Notes: generated by a model from the letters alone, not told the origin. 32,000 nucleotides of DNA from Hyperthermus butylicus DSM 5456 (GCF_000015145.1 NC_008818.1:1320001-1352000); one strand, 5' to 3'. Counted from the first letter of the stretch, positions 9,891-19,954 are shown. Program-made: numbers and translations.

Positions 9891-11324
9891 TCAGTGTTGT
9901 ACAAAAAGGCTTCGTTTTAACCTCTTTTCCTCCTCTAGGTAGCTAAGCCTCTTCTTAACGTACTCCCTGTACTTGACGTAGCGGTGCACTGTTGCGATGG
10001 CTGCAGCCGCCCTCTCGGGTGTTGGGTAGGCTGGTATCTTTGCCTCGGTGAGCTTCTTTATGCCTTCATAGGCTTCTATACCTCCTATGAGTGCGACGGT
10101 CATGGGCTTCTTTAGTCCTCCAGCGTCCTTAACTGCGTTGATTATAGCCTCTGCCACCTCTACGGGGTGTGTCATGGCTGTGTGGCAGTAGAGTACTACG
10201 ATGCTGTCCACGCCGGGATCGTTTAGGGCTGCATATACGGCTTTGTAGTACCACTCTGTTGGCGCCATGCCTGTCAGGTCTATGGGGTTGTTAAGGGATG
10301 CGAATGGAGGTACGAACTTCCTTATCTCATCGACAAGGCTCTGTGGTGGCTTCTGTAGCAGGAACCCGTTGTCAGCAAGGGTGTCGCTAGCCTGTACGCC
10401 TGCGCCGCCACCATTCGTTATGATCACTATCCTGTCGCCGTCGGGCAGCGGGTTCCATGTGAGGGCTTTGACCCAGTCGAAAGCCTCCTCTATGCTCTTA
10501 GCGAATAGGATGCCGCTCTGCTTGAAGGCGGCTTCGTAGAATGCTATGTTTCCTGCAAGCGAGCCTGTGTGGCTAGCGGCGGCTCTTGCACCAGCCTCGG
10601 TCCTACCCGACTTTATGACTACTATGGGCTTCTTCAGTGTCACCCTGGATGCTACCTCAACGAATTTCCGGCCGTCGCTAACACCCTCCATGTATATCAG
10701 CACTATGTTGGTGTTGGGGTCTTTCTCGAAGAACTCTAGGAAGTCGGCATCGTCTAGATCAGCCTTGTTGCCCAGGCTTATAATGGCCGAGACCCCTATT
10801 CCTTCCATGATCGTGGTGCCCATGAGCGCTATGCCCAGGGCGCCGCTCTGCGTTATGAAGGCTACGCCTCCCGGTATCACGTCGCGTGGTCCGAAGGTGG
10901 CGTTTATCCTTGAGGGGGTGTAGACGTAGCCGAATACGTTTGGTCCGAGAACCCTTATCCCGTACTTCCTAGCTGTCTCCACAACCTTCTTCTCGAGCTC
11001 TACGTTCCCCACCTCTCTGAAGCCCGAGGCTATTATAACGGCGAACTTTGCTCCAGCCTTACCAGCGTCCTCTATAACCTCGGGCACCTTGGGTGCGGGC
11101 ACTGACACTACGACGACGTCTACTGGTTCCGGTATGGCGGAGACCGAGGGGTATGCTTTGAGCCCCAGGATCTCGTCAGCGTTTGGGTTTACTGGGTAGA
11201 TCCTGCCTTTGAAGCCGTACTCCTTCAAGTTCTTCAGTATGATGTGGCCTATCTTCTGCGGGTTCTTGGATGCTCCTACCACAGCTATCGAGGATGGGTA
11301 GAATAGCTTCTCGAGCCCGGCCAT
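9891..11324 (-). CDS. acdA: Acyl/acetyl-CoA synthetase (ADP-forming), alpha subunit
   Basis: Rossmann CoA-binding N-terminus (SIAVVGASKNPQKIGHIILKNL), SQSGALG, SHTGSLAG, NAGGAG-like segment; adjacent to beta subunit. Confidence 0.92.
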   Translation of the reverse strand: MAGLEKLFYPSSIAVVGASKNPQKIGHIILKNLKEYGFKGRIYPVNPNADEILGLKAYPSVSAIPEPVDVVVVSVPAPKVPEVIEDAGKAGAKFAVIIASGFREVGNVELEKKVVETARKYGIRVLGPNVFGYVYTPSRINATFGPRDVIPGGVAFITQSGALGIALMGTTIMEGIGVSAIISLGNKADLDDADFLEFFEKDPNTNIVLIYMEGVSDGRKFVEVASRVTLKKPIVVIKSGRTEAGARAAASHTGSLAGNIAFYEAAFKQSGILFAKSIEEAFDWVKALTWNPLPDGDRIVIITNGGGAGVQASDTLADNGFLLQKPPQSLVDEIRKFVPPFASLNNPIDLTGMAPTEWYYKAVYAALNDPGVDSIVVLYCHTAMTHPVEVAEAIINAVKDAGGLKKPMTVALIGGIEAYEGIKKLTEAKIPAYPTPERAAAAIATVHRYVKYREYVKKRLSYLEEEKRLKRSLFVQH

Positions 11325-11326
11325 GG

Positions 11327-12043
11327 CTACCTACCTTCCTCACTTCTAAGTATGATCCTTATGTCTGCGATCTTGGCGCCCTTCCCCTTCTCAAAAACCA
11401 TTATGGGGTTCAAGTCTATATCTTGTATCTCCGGGTTCTCGAGCATCAGCTTCGAGGTCTTGACTATGATGTCCTTCAGCGCCTCGATATCTCTGGGGGG
11501 CTTGCCGCGGTATCCCTCCAGTATCCTATACGCCTTGATCTCCTTAATCATCTCCTCAGCATCGATAGGCGTTACCGGAGCTAGCCTGAAGCTCACGTCC
11601 TTCAGAACCTCTACGAATATGCCGCCGAGCCCGAACATCAGCAAGGGGCCGAAGATCTGGTCGCGGGTAGCGCCCACTATCACCTCTAGGTCTGATGGCA
11701 CCATTTCCTGTATCAGAACCCCAGCTATCCTAGCTTCAGGTGCATGCTTCTTCACATTCTCGATGATCTGGGTGAAGGCCTTTCTAGCGTCATCCTCGCT
11801 TCTTATGTCAAGTATAACTCCGCCGACATCGCTCTTGTGCGTTATGTCCGGAGATACTATCTTGAGAACTACCGGGAACCCTATCTCTCTAGACAGCCTA
11901 GCAGCTTCGTCGGGATCCCTAGCAAGTCCATACCTGGGTACGGGTAGCCCGTACGCCTCTGCAACAGCATACGCTTCATGTTCTAAGAGCTTCTTTCTAC
12001 CCTCCTCAAGAGCCTTCCGAAGAACATCCTTTGCACTGCCCAT
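11327..12043 (-). CDS. acdB: Acyl/acetyl-CoA synthetase (ADP-forming), beta subunit
   Basis: ATP-grasp_5-like: YGLPVPRYGLARD, GFPVVLKIVSPDITHKSDVGGV, DLNPIMVF. Confidence 0.92.
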   Translation of the reverse strand: MGSAKDVLRKALEEGRKKLLEHEAYAVAEAYGLPVPRYGLARDPDEAARLSREIGFPVVLKIVSPDITHKSDVGGVILDIRSEDDARKAFTQIIENVKKHAPEARIAGVLIQEMVPSDLEVIVGATRDQIFGPLLMFGLGGIFVEVLKDVSFRLAPVTPIDAEEMIKEIKAYRILEGYRGKPPRDIEALKDIIVKTSKLMLENPEIQDIDLNPIMVFEKGKGAKIADIRIILRSEEGR

Positions 12044-12411
12044 GTTCTCAGCTCATGGAGCTGACAGTGTGCCTAGGGAAAATATGTATTAAATAGACAA
12101 TTGTAACTAACACTGTTCGTCTAACGTCTTAACCTCAGAACTGTAGAGAGCTATAACAATGTTCTTTACACCCCATCCAAGCTATCCGCATAGCGCGTCA
12201 CCATCACCCCCATCCAGACCATCAATACCCAACTAGGTGTAATCAGCAGAGCCACAACTCCAAGGAGGAAAGAACACTGCTAAGCCGTTCCCAGAGTAGC
12301 GCGCCCCGCCTAGCACGGCTATGCATGCATACGCTATTCGAATGGAAGGGGGTATTGCTGGATTGAAAAACAGGGTTAGGCCTAGAAGGAAGGGCTTCAA
12401 TACAATATGTA

Positions 12412-14100
12412 TCATACTTCCTGCAGTACATAGTTTGGTACTACGGGTGGTAGTCCCCTTCTCTTAGCATAGCTTATATTCAGCAGTCTGTGTAGTGCTG
12501 CGAGGAGGATTACTCCGATTGGCAGTAGTATCGCTGGATGCGTTATACCTGCCGCGAAGAGGGTGTACAGCACGAGCGATACGGCGGCGGTGGTTAGCGC
12601 GTAGGGTATCTGTGTGTTCACGTGGTCTATGTGGTCCGCGCCGGTGAACATCGAGGACATTATCGTCGTGTCGCTTATGGGTGAGCAGTGGTCCCCAAAT
12701 ACTCCTCCCGCGAAGACGCTTGCTATCGCAGCATAGGTTACTAGCTCCGTCGTGGCTGGGTCTAGGCCGTGCTGTATGGCCAGCTTCCACGCTAACGGTA
12801 TTGCTATGGGCATCATTATCGCGAAGGTGCCCCAGCTCGTCCCCGTCGTGAAGGATATGAATGCTGATGCTGCGAATATCAGTGGTGGTATGAGGAAGGG
12901 ATGTACTCCTGCCGCCGCCACCGTCGATACTATGTAGTCTGCTGTCCCCACGGCATCTGCGGCCGATTTCAAGCTCCATGCTAGGAGCAGTATGGTGTTG
13001 GCGAGTACCATTAGGTACATGCCACGCACAGTGTACTCCATGAGCCTTGACAGTGATAGTGTGCCCGTTGCTAGTATCAGTGCTGCTGCAGCAATGTAGC
13101 CTGCAAAGCTGCCCCAGAGTAGTGCTGTCGCGGCATCAGCATTCATTAGTGCCGTGGCGAAGTCTGTCTCCCACCACTTGCTGGGATCGTCTGCTCCTGT
13201 CAGCCACATTCCCACTAGTGTCGCAGCTACGAGTGCGAGTATTGAGAGCGGGAATATCCATGGCGGTGCCTGCTTCTGGGACGGCTCTCCTAGCACGGTT
13301 TCTGTAGGCATTAGCGGCTGTGCGCCATCGCGTAGCACTTTGCCCGTCTTCACCGCCCTGTGCTCCGCCTCTAGCATTGGGCCATAGTGTCTCCTTGTCA
13401 GTATGACTATGAGGACTAGGGTGAGTGCTAGTATGCTGTAGAAGCGGTAGGGTACAGACATTATCCATGCATACATGGCGTTGGCGGGGTCTGGCGCGTA
13501 GGGTAGGACTCCCTTCCCCGCCTCTTCAGCCAGAGTTGTGAAGGAGTCCCTGATTAGGCCGACCTCGTAGCCTATCCATGTCGATATGATTAGTAGTCCT
13601 GCTACGGGCGCGGCCGTGGAATCCACGATGTAGCTTAGTAGTTCCCTGCTCACCCTCAGACTGTCAGTCAGCGGCCTTACCGTGTTGCCTACGACGACCG
13701 TGTTGGTGTAGTCGTCGAAGAATATCGTCCAGCCCAGTATGTATGCCAGCAGGCTTGCTTGCCGTGCACTCCTCACCTTCCTCGTAAGGGCGGCTGCCAC
13801 CGAGTGTAGCGCGCCGGAAACGTAGAGTATACCGACGAAGGCTCCGATTACGAAGTTGAAAACCAGTATTGTCGCATTCCAGCTATCGGTCGCATTCTCG
13901 ATTATCCATGCAAGGCTCTGTGAGGTAGCCCTGAAAACCGACACAGCATAGCCGGCAGGGCCCGCTGCGCCGGCTAGAGCTAGCATGAAGGCTCCTACCC
14001 AGATGCCTGCAAAGAGTGCTAGGAGTACCTGCCTCGTCACTATAGCCAGGATTATTGCTAGGAGGGGCGGGAGGAGCGAGAGGGGGCCAAAGTCGGCCAT
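12412..14100 (-). CDS. Na+/H+ antiporter NhaC family
   Basis: Many TM segments; ILGWTIFFDDYTNTVVVGNTVRPLTD, GTSWGTFAIMMPIAIPL, FGDHCSPISDTTIMSS. Start likely M at 14100 within the longer ORF (14121). Confidence 0.92.
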   Translation of the reverse strand: MADFGPLSLLPPLLAIILAIVTRQVLLALFAGIWVGAFMLALAGAAGPAGYAVSVFRATSQSLAWIIENATDSWNATILVFNFVIGAFVGILYVSGALHSVAAALTRKVRSARQASLLAYILGWTIFFDDYTNTVVVGNTVRPLTDSLRVSRELLSYIVDSTAAPVAGLLIISTWIGYEVGLIRDSFTTLAEEAGKGVLPYAPDPANAMYAWIMSVPYRFYSILALTLVLIVILTRRHYGPMLEAEHRAVKTGKVLRDGAQPLMPTETVLGEPSQKQAPPWIFPLSILALVAATLVGMWLTGADDPSKWWETDFATALMNADAATALLWGSFAGYIAAAALILATGTLSLSRLMEYTVRGMYLMVLANTILLLAWSLKSAADAVGTADYIVSTVAAAGVHPFLIPPLIFAASAFISFTTGTSWGTFAIMMPIAIPLAWKLAIQHGLDPATTELVTYAAIASVFAGGVFGDHCSPISDTTIMSSMFTGADHIDHVNTQIPYALTTAAVSLVLYTLFAAGITHPAILLPIGVILLAALHRLLNISYAKRRGLPPVVPNYVLQEV

Positions 14101-14139
14101 GCCGGCCTCACCACCGTGCACTTCATAGGCAGGGCAGCG

Positions 14140-14400
14140 TCATGGGCCGGTCAGCTTGTCTGTTGGCGGGTTGCCCTCTAGCTCCCCGACGAGGGCCTCT
14201 GCGTCGGTGTTTGGCGGTATACGCAGGTCTATTACGGCGTGCGCAAGGCGTGGCAGGGTGCTTAATGCATCGCCCGCCCCCGGTCTTGCCGCTGTAGCTT
14301 TTGGCTTGTAGACTGTTGGCATTGTGTCGCCGAGCGCCTCGACGGGGCTACCAGGTATCGGGTACCCGGGTGTGTGCATGGCTTGTTCAGCCTCGATCCG
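14140..14400 (-). pseudogene. Possible remnant of an M20-family metallopeptidase (dimerisation-domain region)
   Basis: Frame reads ...GDTMPTVYKPKATAARPGAGDALSTLPRLAHAVIDLRIPPNTDAEALVGELEG..., resembling the M20 dimerisation segment. No catalytic regions seen nearby. Confidence 0.35.
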
Positions 14401-14804
14401 ACGGGCTTTTTCTCTTGCATCTGCGAGCCGGCCCCCATTCTGTACGCGGTTTAAACAGTTTGCCATAGAGGAGTGGTGCGTTGACAATGCTCGGCTCTGC
14501 CGTGAATTCGTACACGTGTTTAGGCCTAACGTTTTAGGCTGAGACCCGGCGCGTACGCTTGGCAGAGCATGCTGTTTCAAGCATACGCACCGGCCGGGCC
14601 CCCATGTGTAGCGTGGCTTGGCAGGGCTGTTTGCAGCGAGGGCGGGCTACGGGATGAACGGGAAAATACTGATGGCTGGGGAGGGGGTGGGCAGAGTAGC
14701 TGTTGGCGGTGGCGGGCTAGGTGAGCCCGTTAGGCCCTCTGGGAACCGTGGCATGGTTATAGGGCGTGTGTGGGGTGCGTCCGTACGTGTCCCCTAGCGG
14801 TAGC

Positions 14805-15233
14805 ATGGAGAAGCCGCTGCGCCTAGACGAGAAGGACTATAGGCTGCTCGAGCTGCTCCGCCGCGACGCCAGGGCGCCCTACTCCAGGCTCGCCGAGGAG
14901 CTCGGCATCTCCGAGTCTGCTGTGCGTAAGAGGATTGCGAGGCTCAGGAAGCTCGGCGTAATAAAGCGGTTCACCCTGGAGTACGACCTGCCCGACGAGG
15001 TTATAGCGCTGGTGCTCGTTAGGACCCAGCCTCCCATCCAGGCGCCGGAGGTCTCGAGAAAGATCATGGAGCACTCGCACGTGGACCGGGTCTACGAGGT
15101 AACCGGCGAGTACGACATAGTCGTCATAGCCCGTGCACGGTCAACCAAGGACATCAACGAGATTATAGACTATATCCGCAGCATAAAGGGCGTAGTGGGA
15201 ACATACACTATGATAGTCCTGCGCAGCTACTAG
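14805..15233 (+). CDS. Lrp/AsnC family transcriptional regulator
   Basis: LDEKDYRLLELLRRDARAPYSRLAEELGISESAVRKRIARLRKLGVIKRFTLEYD plus RAM domain (VYEVTGEYDIVVIARA). Confidence 0.95.
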   Translation: MEKPLRLDEKDYRLLELLRRDARAPYSRLAEELGISESAVRKRIARLRKLGVIKRFTLEYDLPDEVIALVLVRTQPPIQAPEVSRKIMEHSHVDRVYEVTGEYDIVVIARARSTKDINEIIDYIRSIKGVVGTYTMIVLRSY

Positions 15234-15331
15234 AACGGCGCCCGGGAGCCCCCGGGATGCAGGGCAGGGCCAGCACGGTGTAGGAGCACGGCGCTAGGCC
15301 CGGCAACACCGCGTCGCGGCACCGGGCCGCC

Positions 15332-16759
15332 TCAATGCCCGGCCGGTGGAGGGGCCGGGTGCAGCTTCGCCGGGGTCCACGCAGTAACGTATCTCCCCCG
15401 GTAGACCAGCTCGGAGCCCCTGGGAGGAGTCTTGAGGACGTCTATGAAGACTATCCGGCTGGTACACTCGGACGGGTGGCGGTGCACCTCGTCAGTTATG
15501 GTTTCAAGCCAGTACAGCACCCTGACGTCCCGCGCCACGAGGCAGTAGTTGCTGTGGCCCAGGCTCTCGTCGAGCGTTGCTACAGCCTCCTTTAGCTCGG
15601 CGTATGCCTGGGGTGGAATGCTCGGCCTAATAGTCTGGGCGACCAGCAGCCCGAAGGACGCTACGAGGCCTACAAGTGCAAGAGCCACGATCGGCCGGTG
15701 CCTAGCATCCTTCAGCACGCCGACAATCAAGCCCAACGCGGTGGCGAGAGGTATGCCCCCTATCAGCTGAAGCCTACTCCAGACCTGCCCGCTTCACACG
15801 GGGAGCACGAGGAGAGCCAGAGCCAGGGCAAGCGCTGCCAGGACGTACCTCGCCTCCCGGCTCCCAGACAGGAGCCCCTCAGCAAACAGGAGCACTATGG
15901 ACAGCAGGTTCAGAGACACAAGGATACGCGGCAGCAGCGGCGCAGCTGCAGGCACGCCGGGCTGCGGGCCCACAGGTCCCGGGGCAGCATCAAAGGACGC
16001 AAAAGCCTCCTCGACAAACCCCATAGCCTTGAACAGGTCTCCCCCCTGGAGCCCCGGGAACGCGTAGAACAACGCCAGGCTGAGCACAGCCGCCACAACC
16101 CCCTCATAGAAGATGTTTCCACGGTCGAACACTAGCTGCAGCAGAAAGAGCGCAAACACCAGGACAAGCATAAACCCATAGTCCAGTATGTGCGTCAGAC
16201 CACCCCCAACAAAGACGGCGAGAGAGGCCACGAAGAAGCGCAGCCGGCTCCTCCGCCCTCCCCCACGCAGAGCCATGTACGATACTAGGAGGAGCGCAGC
16301 CACCCACACAAGACCAGCAGCATTCTTCAGAAAATCCCCAATAAGCCTCAGCTCAAACGGCGGAGCAAGAAACACAATCATCGCCGCCAAACCCGCCAAG
16401 CCAGACGCCGTCATCCCCCGCACAAAGAGGGAGACAAGCACTGACGCCAACACCAAGAGCACCGACGCACCCACAGCCACAGCCCTAAACAGATCACCCA
16501 GGAGCACGTAGAAGAAGTACATGACATAGAAGACCAGGAGAGGATCAGGATGTCTAAGCACACCATACCTATCTATACTCAGCACCTGGGCAGCATAGTA
16601 AGGCCCATCTATCCCCGGAAGCATACCCGACCCAGTCATAAGCCAGACATACACCCAGAGGAAGACAGCTGCAACACCCAGCACAGCCCCCAGCTCCAGC
16701 AAACCGAGGCCCCCAAGCCCCACATGTACTCCCACGAAACCCCTCCGGGAAACCCCCAC
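15332..16759 (-). pseudogene. Polytopic membrane protein (GT-C glycosyltransferase-like), interrupted by a single in-frame TGA at 15794-15796
   Basis: Track ORFs 15794-16759 and 15332-15736 share one frame separated by TGA plus 19 sense codons (SGQVWSRLQLIGGIPLATA). First part has TM1 then MLPGIDGPYYAAQVLSIDRYGVLRHPDPLL, resembling a GT-C first-loop Asp region. Confidence 0.6.
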
Positions 16760-17097
16760 GAACCCATACCCCCTACCGCTAAAGACGCAGAGACACCTAA
16801 TAGCACAGCCTACACAGCAACAAAAGAGGGATCACCACCAGGCGACAGTGAGTCAGCAGAAACCAAAAGGGTAGTCTATTTCCCCGCCCAGGCAAACCAG
16901 CATCGAGTCTCTCCAGAGACAACGCGGAGGCACTTGAAGCTCCACTACTCTATGTTATGTCGATACTTCTATAGTAGTTTGAGTGGCTTGCACTACGTGT
17001 TTTCTCACGGAGCCTCCGCTCGATCTCCACCAGCATCTCATGAACCCTCTCTAGGCACGCTACAAGCTCTCTAGCCCTGGCATCCCTGGCACCCACA

Positions 17098-17424
17098 TCA
17101 CTGCCCAGCCCGCTCAACAACGTAATTTGTTGTCTGGAGGAACCCGTTCAGCCGGAGATAAACCCATGCAAGCTCCTCATAGACGGACTTAAAGAACACG
17201 CCCTGCCCACCACAATGCAGACGCTAATTGACATTATTGTCATATTCCCTACTAGAGTCAGGGAAGCCAACAAAATTCCTGCCCAGCACCATAAAAGCTA
17301 GCCCATCAACCACAATTGCGGTCTTCCCGAGACCATGTATCATGGTTACCTTGCGTGGATGCCAGACTTGAAACGGGAGATCCAGCGTACGGTCATGGGG
17401 CGTAATCGACGATGGAGATGGTAT
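17098..17424 (-). pseudogene. Uncharacterised gene fragments
   Basis: One frame reads ...ITPHDRTLDLPFQVWHPRKVTMIHGLGKTAIVVDGLAFMVLGRNFVGFPDSSREYDNNVN*RLHCGGQGVFFKSVYEELAWVYLRLNGFLQTTNYVVERAGQ*; protein-like but broken. Confidence 0.4.
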
Positions 17425-17694
17425 TAGGGTTCAGGCCTAGATCCATACCTTGTCCTCTTCTGGCCCCGGGTATGGGCCCTCCTTAACCTCGAGAACCACA
17501 CTGTCCTCCAGGAACCCGGCGCTATGCCTGCACGCCATGGCTATTCTCATGTCCTGCCCGGAGCGCCAGGCTGAAGCCCGTCTCTGGGAGGTAGCTGGAT
17601 TCTATACAGTTGCCGCTCCTAGGCGAGCCGGTATGAGGCTTTCCCGGCTGTGCTCCGGCGGTTCCATGTAGCATACAGCATGTGCGTGTTCTAG

Positions 17695-18153
17695 CTAGCC
17701 GCGTTTCCGAATGAAATCCTCCTCGTAGATTATGTTGGCTGTGTCTTCTCCCACCTCCTCCAGGAATCTTATAAGGCTCAGGTCTCTCGTTAGGAAGCCC
17801 AGTCTCCGCGTCCTAGAAGTCTCATAGAGGAGGAGGTCTATGAGGTCTTTGAACCCCTTCCTGCGTAGCTCCAGCGCCCTCAGGTACCCTGTTACCGTGG
17901 GGTGGGTTACCCTAAACGTCTCCCTGATAGATGCTAGTCCGAGCCTCACCCTCTTCCTGTCATAGCTTGTTTTCGAGAGCTTACCCACTATCTCGAGTAT
18001 GTTGAACGGCGTATAGTAGATCTCAGCCCTCCCCAGCCTATACAGCCTCTCCAGCACCCTCAGCGCCTCCTCCACCCCCTCCACGTCTATCCCCACTATC
18101 GGTAGCAGATACGTCGTGTCCAATAGTATTCTAATCCTCTCCCCCGAAGAGCT
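17695..18153 (-). CDS. PIN-domain ribonuclease, VapC-like toxin
   Basis: IRILLDTTYLLPIVGIDVEG... PIN start, TYLRALELRRKGFKDLIDLLLYETSRTRRLGFLTRDLSLIRFLEE; follows AbrB ORF. Start probably at 18153. Confidence 0.85.
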   Translation of the reverse strand, partial: SSSGERIRILLDTTYLLPIVGIDVEGVEEALRVLERLYRLGRAEIYYTPFNILEIVGKLSKTSYDRKRVRLGLASIRETFRVTHPTVTGYLRALELRRKGFKDLIDLLLYETSRTRRLGFLTRDLSLIRFLEEVGEDTANIIYEEDFIRKRG

Positions 18154-18409
18154 CATCTTGCACCTCCTCGGACTCCCTTTCAAACTCCTCGAAGCTCGTC
18201 CTGGCAAACTTAGGGCCCCTCAGCGCCAGCTCAAAGGGGTCAGGTATAACCTCCATGATCACCTTGCCACCCCTCACCCTTAACCTCACGACAACACCCT
18301 CCCTTATACCGACAGCCTCAGCTATGCTCTTAGGTATGTAGAGCATGTTCTTCCTACCAACACGCGCTTTAGCAACCAGACCCAACCAAAGCCACCCAGG
18401 ACAGAACAA
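18131..18409 (-). CDS. AbrB/SpoVT-type antitoxin (VapB-like)
   Basis: AKARVGRKNMLYIPKSIAEAVGIREGVVVRLRVRGGKVIMEVIPDPF; overlaps the PIN gene start. The real start is downstream of 18409. Confidence 0.85.
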   Translation of the reverse strand: MFCPGWLWLGLVAKARVGRKNMLYIPKSIAEAVGIREGVVVRLRVRGGKVIMEVIPDPFELALRGPKFARTSFEEFERESEEVQDELFGGED

Positions 18410-18641
18410 GCCGTCCTAGACGGTAAAAACCCTCCCCGGACACCAGAACCCCCAGTATGACTCAGAACACCCACACGAACCCCAGCCGCCCAGAGCAAAC
18501 ACGTACATGTATGTGCCACCAGGCGCCTTATCGGCATCCCCGGAGGTCAAAGACAACTGCTATGAGCCTATCCTCACGATCACACATCCTATCCACGACC
18601 AACCCTCAATCCTCCAGTAAGCCCCCTAAGACAATCCATGT

Positions 18642-18790
18642 TCAGGCCCAGCTTAGCTCTCTATGTATCCTCTTGAGGGTCTCTGCAACATATACCACCT
18701 CCTCATCGCCTATCTTGGGGCCACTGGGTAGGTTGAGGCCGTTCAGGGAGAGATAGCTGGATACCGTGCAGCAGCCACCCCCACCAGCAT
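18642..18790 (-). pseudogene. C-terminal remnant of a DegT/DnrJ/EryC1/StrS-family sugar aminotransferase
   Basis: SLNGLNLPSGPKIGDEEVVYVAETLKRIHRELSWA* matches the family C-terminal pattern (..LPs.p.l.deEv.yVaetlk.i); no body of the enzyme upstream. Confidence 0.45.
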
Positions 18791-19085
18791 ATGGCTCGAA
18801 TACAAGCATTACATGTAGCGGGTAAGCCCGGCACCCCGCCAAGACCCCGGGGGACACACCCCTCTGCCCTTCATAGTGGAAGCTGCTAGGTTTGTGAGTG
18901 TCTTCCTGCTCCTCCTAGCATACTTCGACCCACAGTCTCCTCTAACCGGCCCATCCAGGAGCGTTTAGGGGGTCGGGCCTGACTATTGTGTAGGCTGCCC
19001 GGGGGACTGTGCTGGCTGCGACTGCCTGGTGTGTCCACAAGCCTTTTAGTATATAGTGTTGTATACGTGTCTTGGGCTGAACCGC

Positions 19086-19316
19086 GTGTCTACGGTGACT
19101 CTCAGCATAAGGATACGGAGGGAGCTTCGGGAGAAGATGAAGCAGTTTAGCCATGTGGACTGGAGAGCGGAGATTGAGAAGTTTATCGAGGAGCGGATTC
19201 GGGAGGAGGAGCTCCGGCAGCTGCTGGACAGGATAGACCGTGTCCTGGACACTGTGGAGCAGGGGGGCGAGCCTGCCTGGAAGACTATAAGAGAGTATCG
19301 GGAGATAGGGCGGTAG
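19086..19316 (+). CDS. VapB-family antitoxin (ribbon-helix-helix/VapB-like)
   Basis: VSTVTLSIRIRRELREKMKQFSHVDWRAEIEKFIEERIREEELRQLLDRIDRVLDTV; immediately upstream of a PIN gene. Confidence 0.85.
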   Translation: MSTVTLSIRIRRELREKMKQFSHVDWRAEIEKFIEERIREEELRQLLDRIDRVLDTVEQGGEPAWKTIREYREIGR

Positions 19317-19320
19317 TACT

Positions 19321-19743
19321 GTGTTCGTTGTAGACTCCTCAGTCTATGCCAGCATACTAGTCCGGGATGAGTACTACGAGAGGGCGCGCAGTTTCATCAT
19401 GAAGCACGGTAAGTACGAGCTGGTAACAGTGGCTACCGCATACGTAGAGGTGGCTAACACTCTCTGGAAGCACACGTACCTGCTCAGGAGGATACCGGAG
19501 GACAGCTACAGGGAGCTAAGGAAAGCTATAGTACCCCTGATCACAGCCAGCGTAACCAGGATCTACGAGCCCACCGAGCTGCTAGACGAGGCCCTCGACG
19601 CAGCTGCAGAATACCAGATAACAGTGTACGATTCGCTCTTCGTGGCACTAGCACTAAAGACCGGGGCTAAGCTGGCGGGCTTCGATCAAAAGCTCCGGGA
19701 AACCCTAGAAGCCAAGGGCCTCAAAATCGTCTACACGCCATAG
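19321..19743 (+). CDS. PIN-domain ribonuclease, VapC toxin
   Basis: MFVVDSSVYASILVRDEYYERARSFI...TVATAYVEVANTLWKHTYLL...QITVYDSLFVALALKTGAKLAGFDQKL. Confidence 0.93.
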   Translation: MFVVDSSVYASILVRDEYYERARSFIMKHGKYELVTVATAYVEVANTLWKHTYLLRRIPEDSYRELRKAIVPLITASVTRIYEPTELLDEALDAAAEYQITVYDSLFVALALKTGAKLAGFDQKLRETLEAKGLKIVYTP

Positions 19744-19954
19744 AAGCATGTTGACTATTTAAACGCTGGCGAAACAGTACGACGGCATGACTGTGGAAAC
19801 ACCCTAGGTGCATAGAGTCGAGTTAACCTGGACTACCCGTGTCTACGATAGGCCAACTTTCCCCGAGGCCCTCTCTGAACTTCTCCAACTCCGCCGGTGC
19901 CTCTGCGAGGCCGACTGTGTATGCGGTCTCGAGATCCAGTACTACAGCTCTCTT

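Noticed and set aside
11352-12092. 246 aa plus-strand ORF opposite the ADP-forming acyl-CoA synthetase beta subunit
   Set aside because: Antisense shadow of a strongly supported gene; no recognisable domain.
15794-15796. Selenocysteine reading of the TGA
   Set aside because: Archaeal Sec decoding is known mainly in methanogens such as Methanococcales and in some Asgard lineages, not in this group; no SECIS or Sec machinery is visible and the context (VLPV*SGQ) is not a redox motif.
15698-16135. Plus-strand ORF rich in Arg/Gln/His
   Set aside because: Antisense to the membrane protein; biased composition from complementing TM codons.
16550-17074. 174 aa plus-strand ORF (MSKHTIPIYTQHLGSIVRPIYPRKHTRPSHKP...)
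   Set aside because: Low-complexity His/Pro/Thr composition and partly antisense to the GT-C-like gene; typical shadow ORF in GC-rich DNA.
18457-18756. Plus-strand ORF MTQNTHTNPSRPEQTRTCMCHQ...
   Set aside because: Low-complexity composition, no start context, overlaps the DegT-like remnant.
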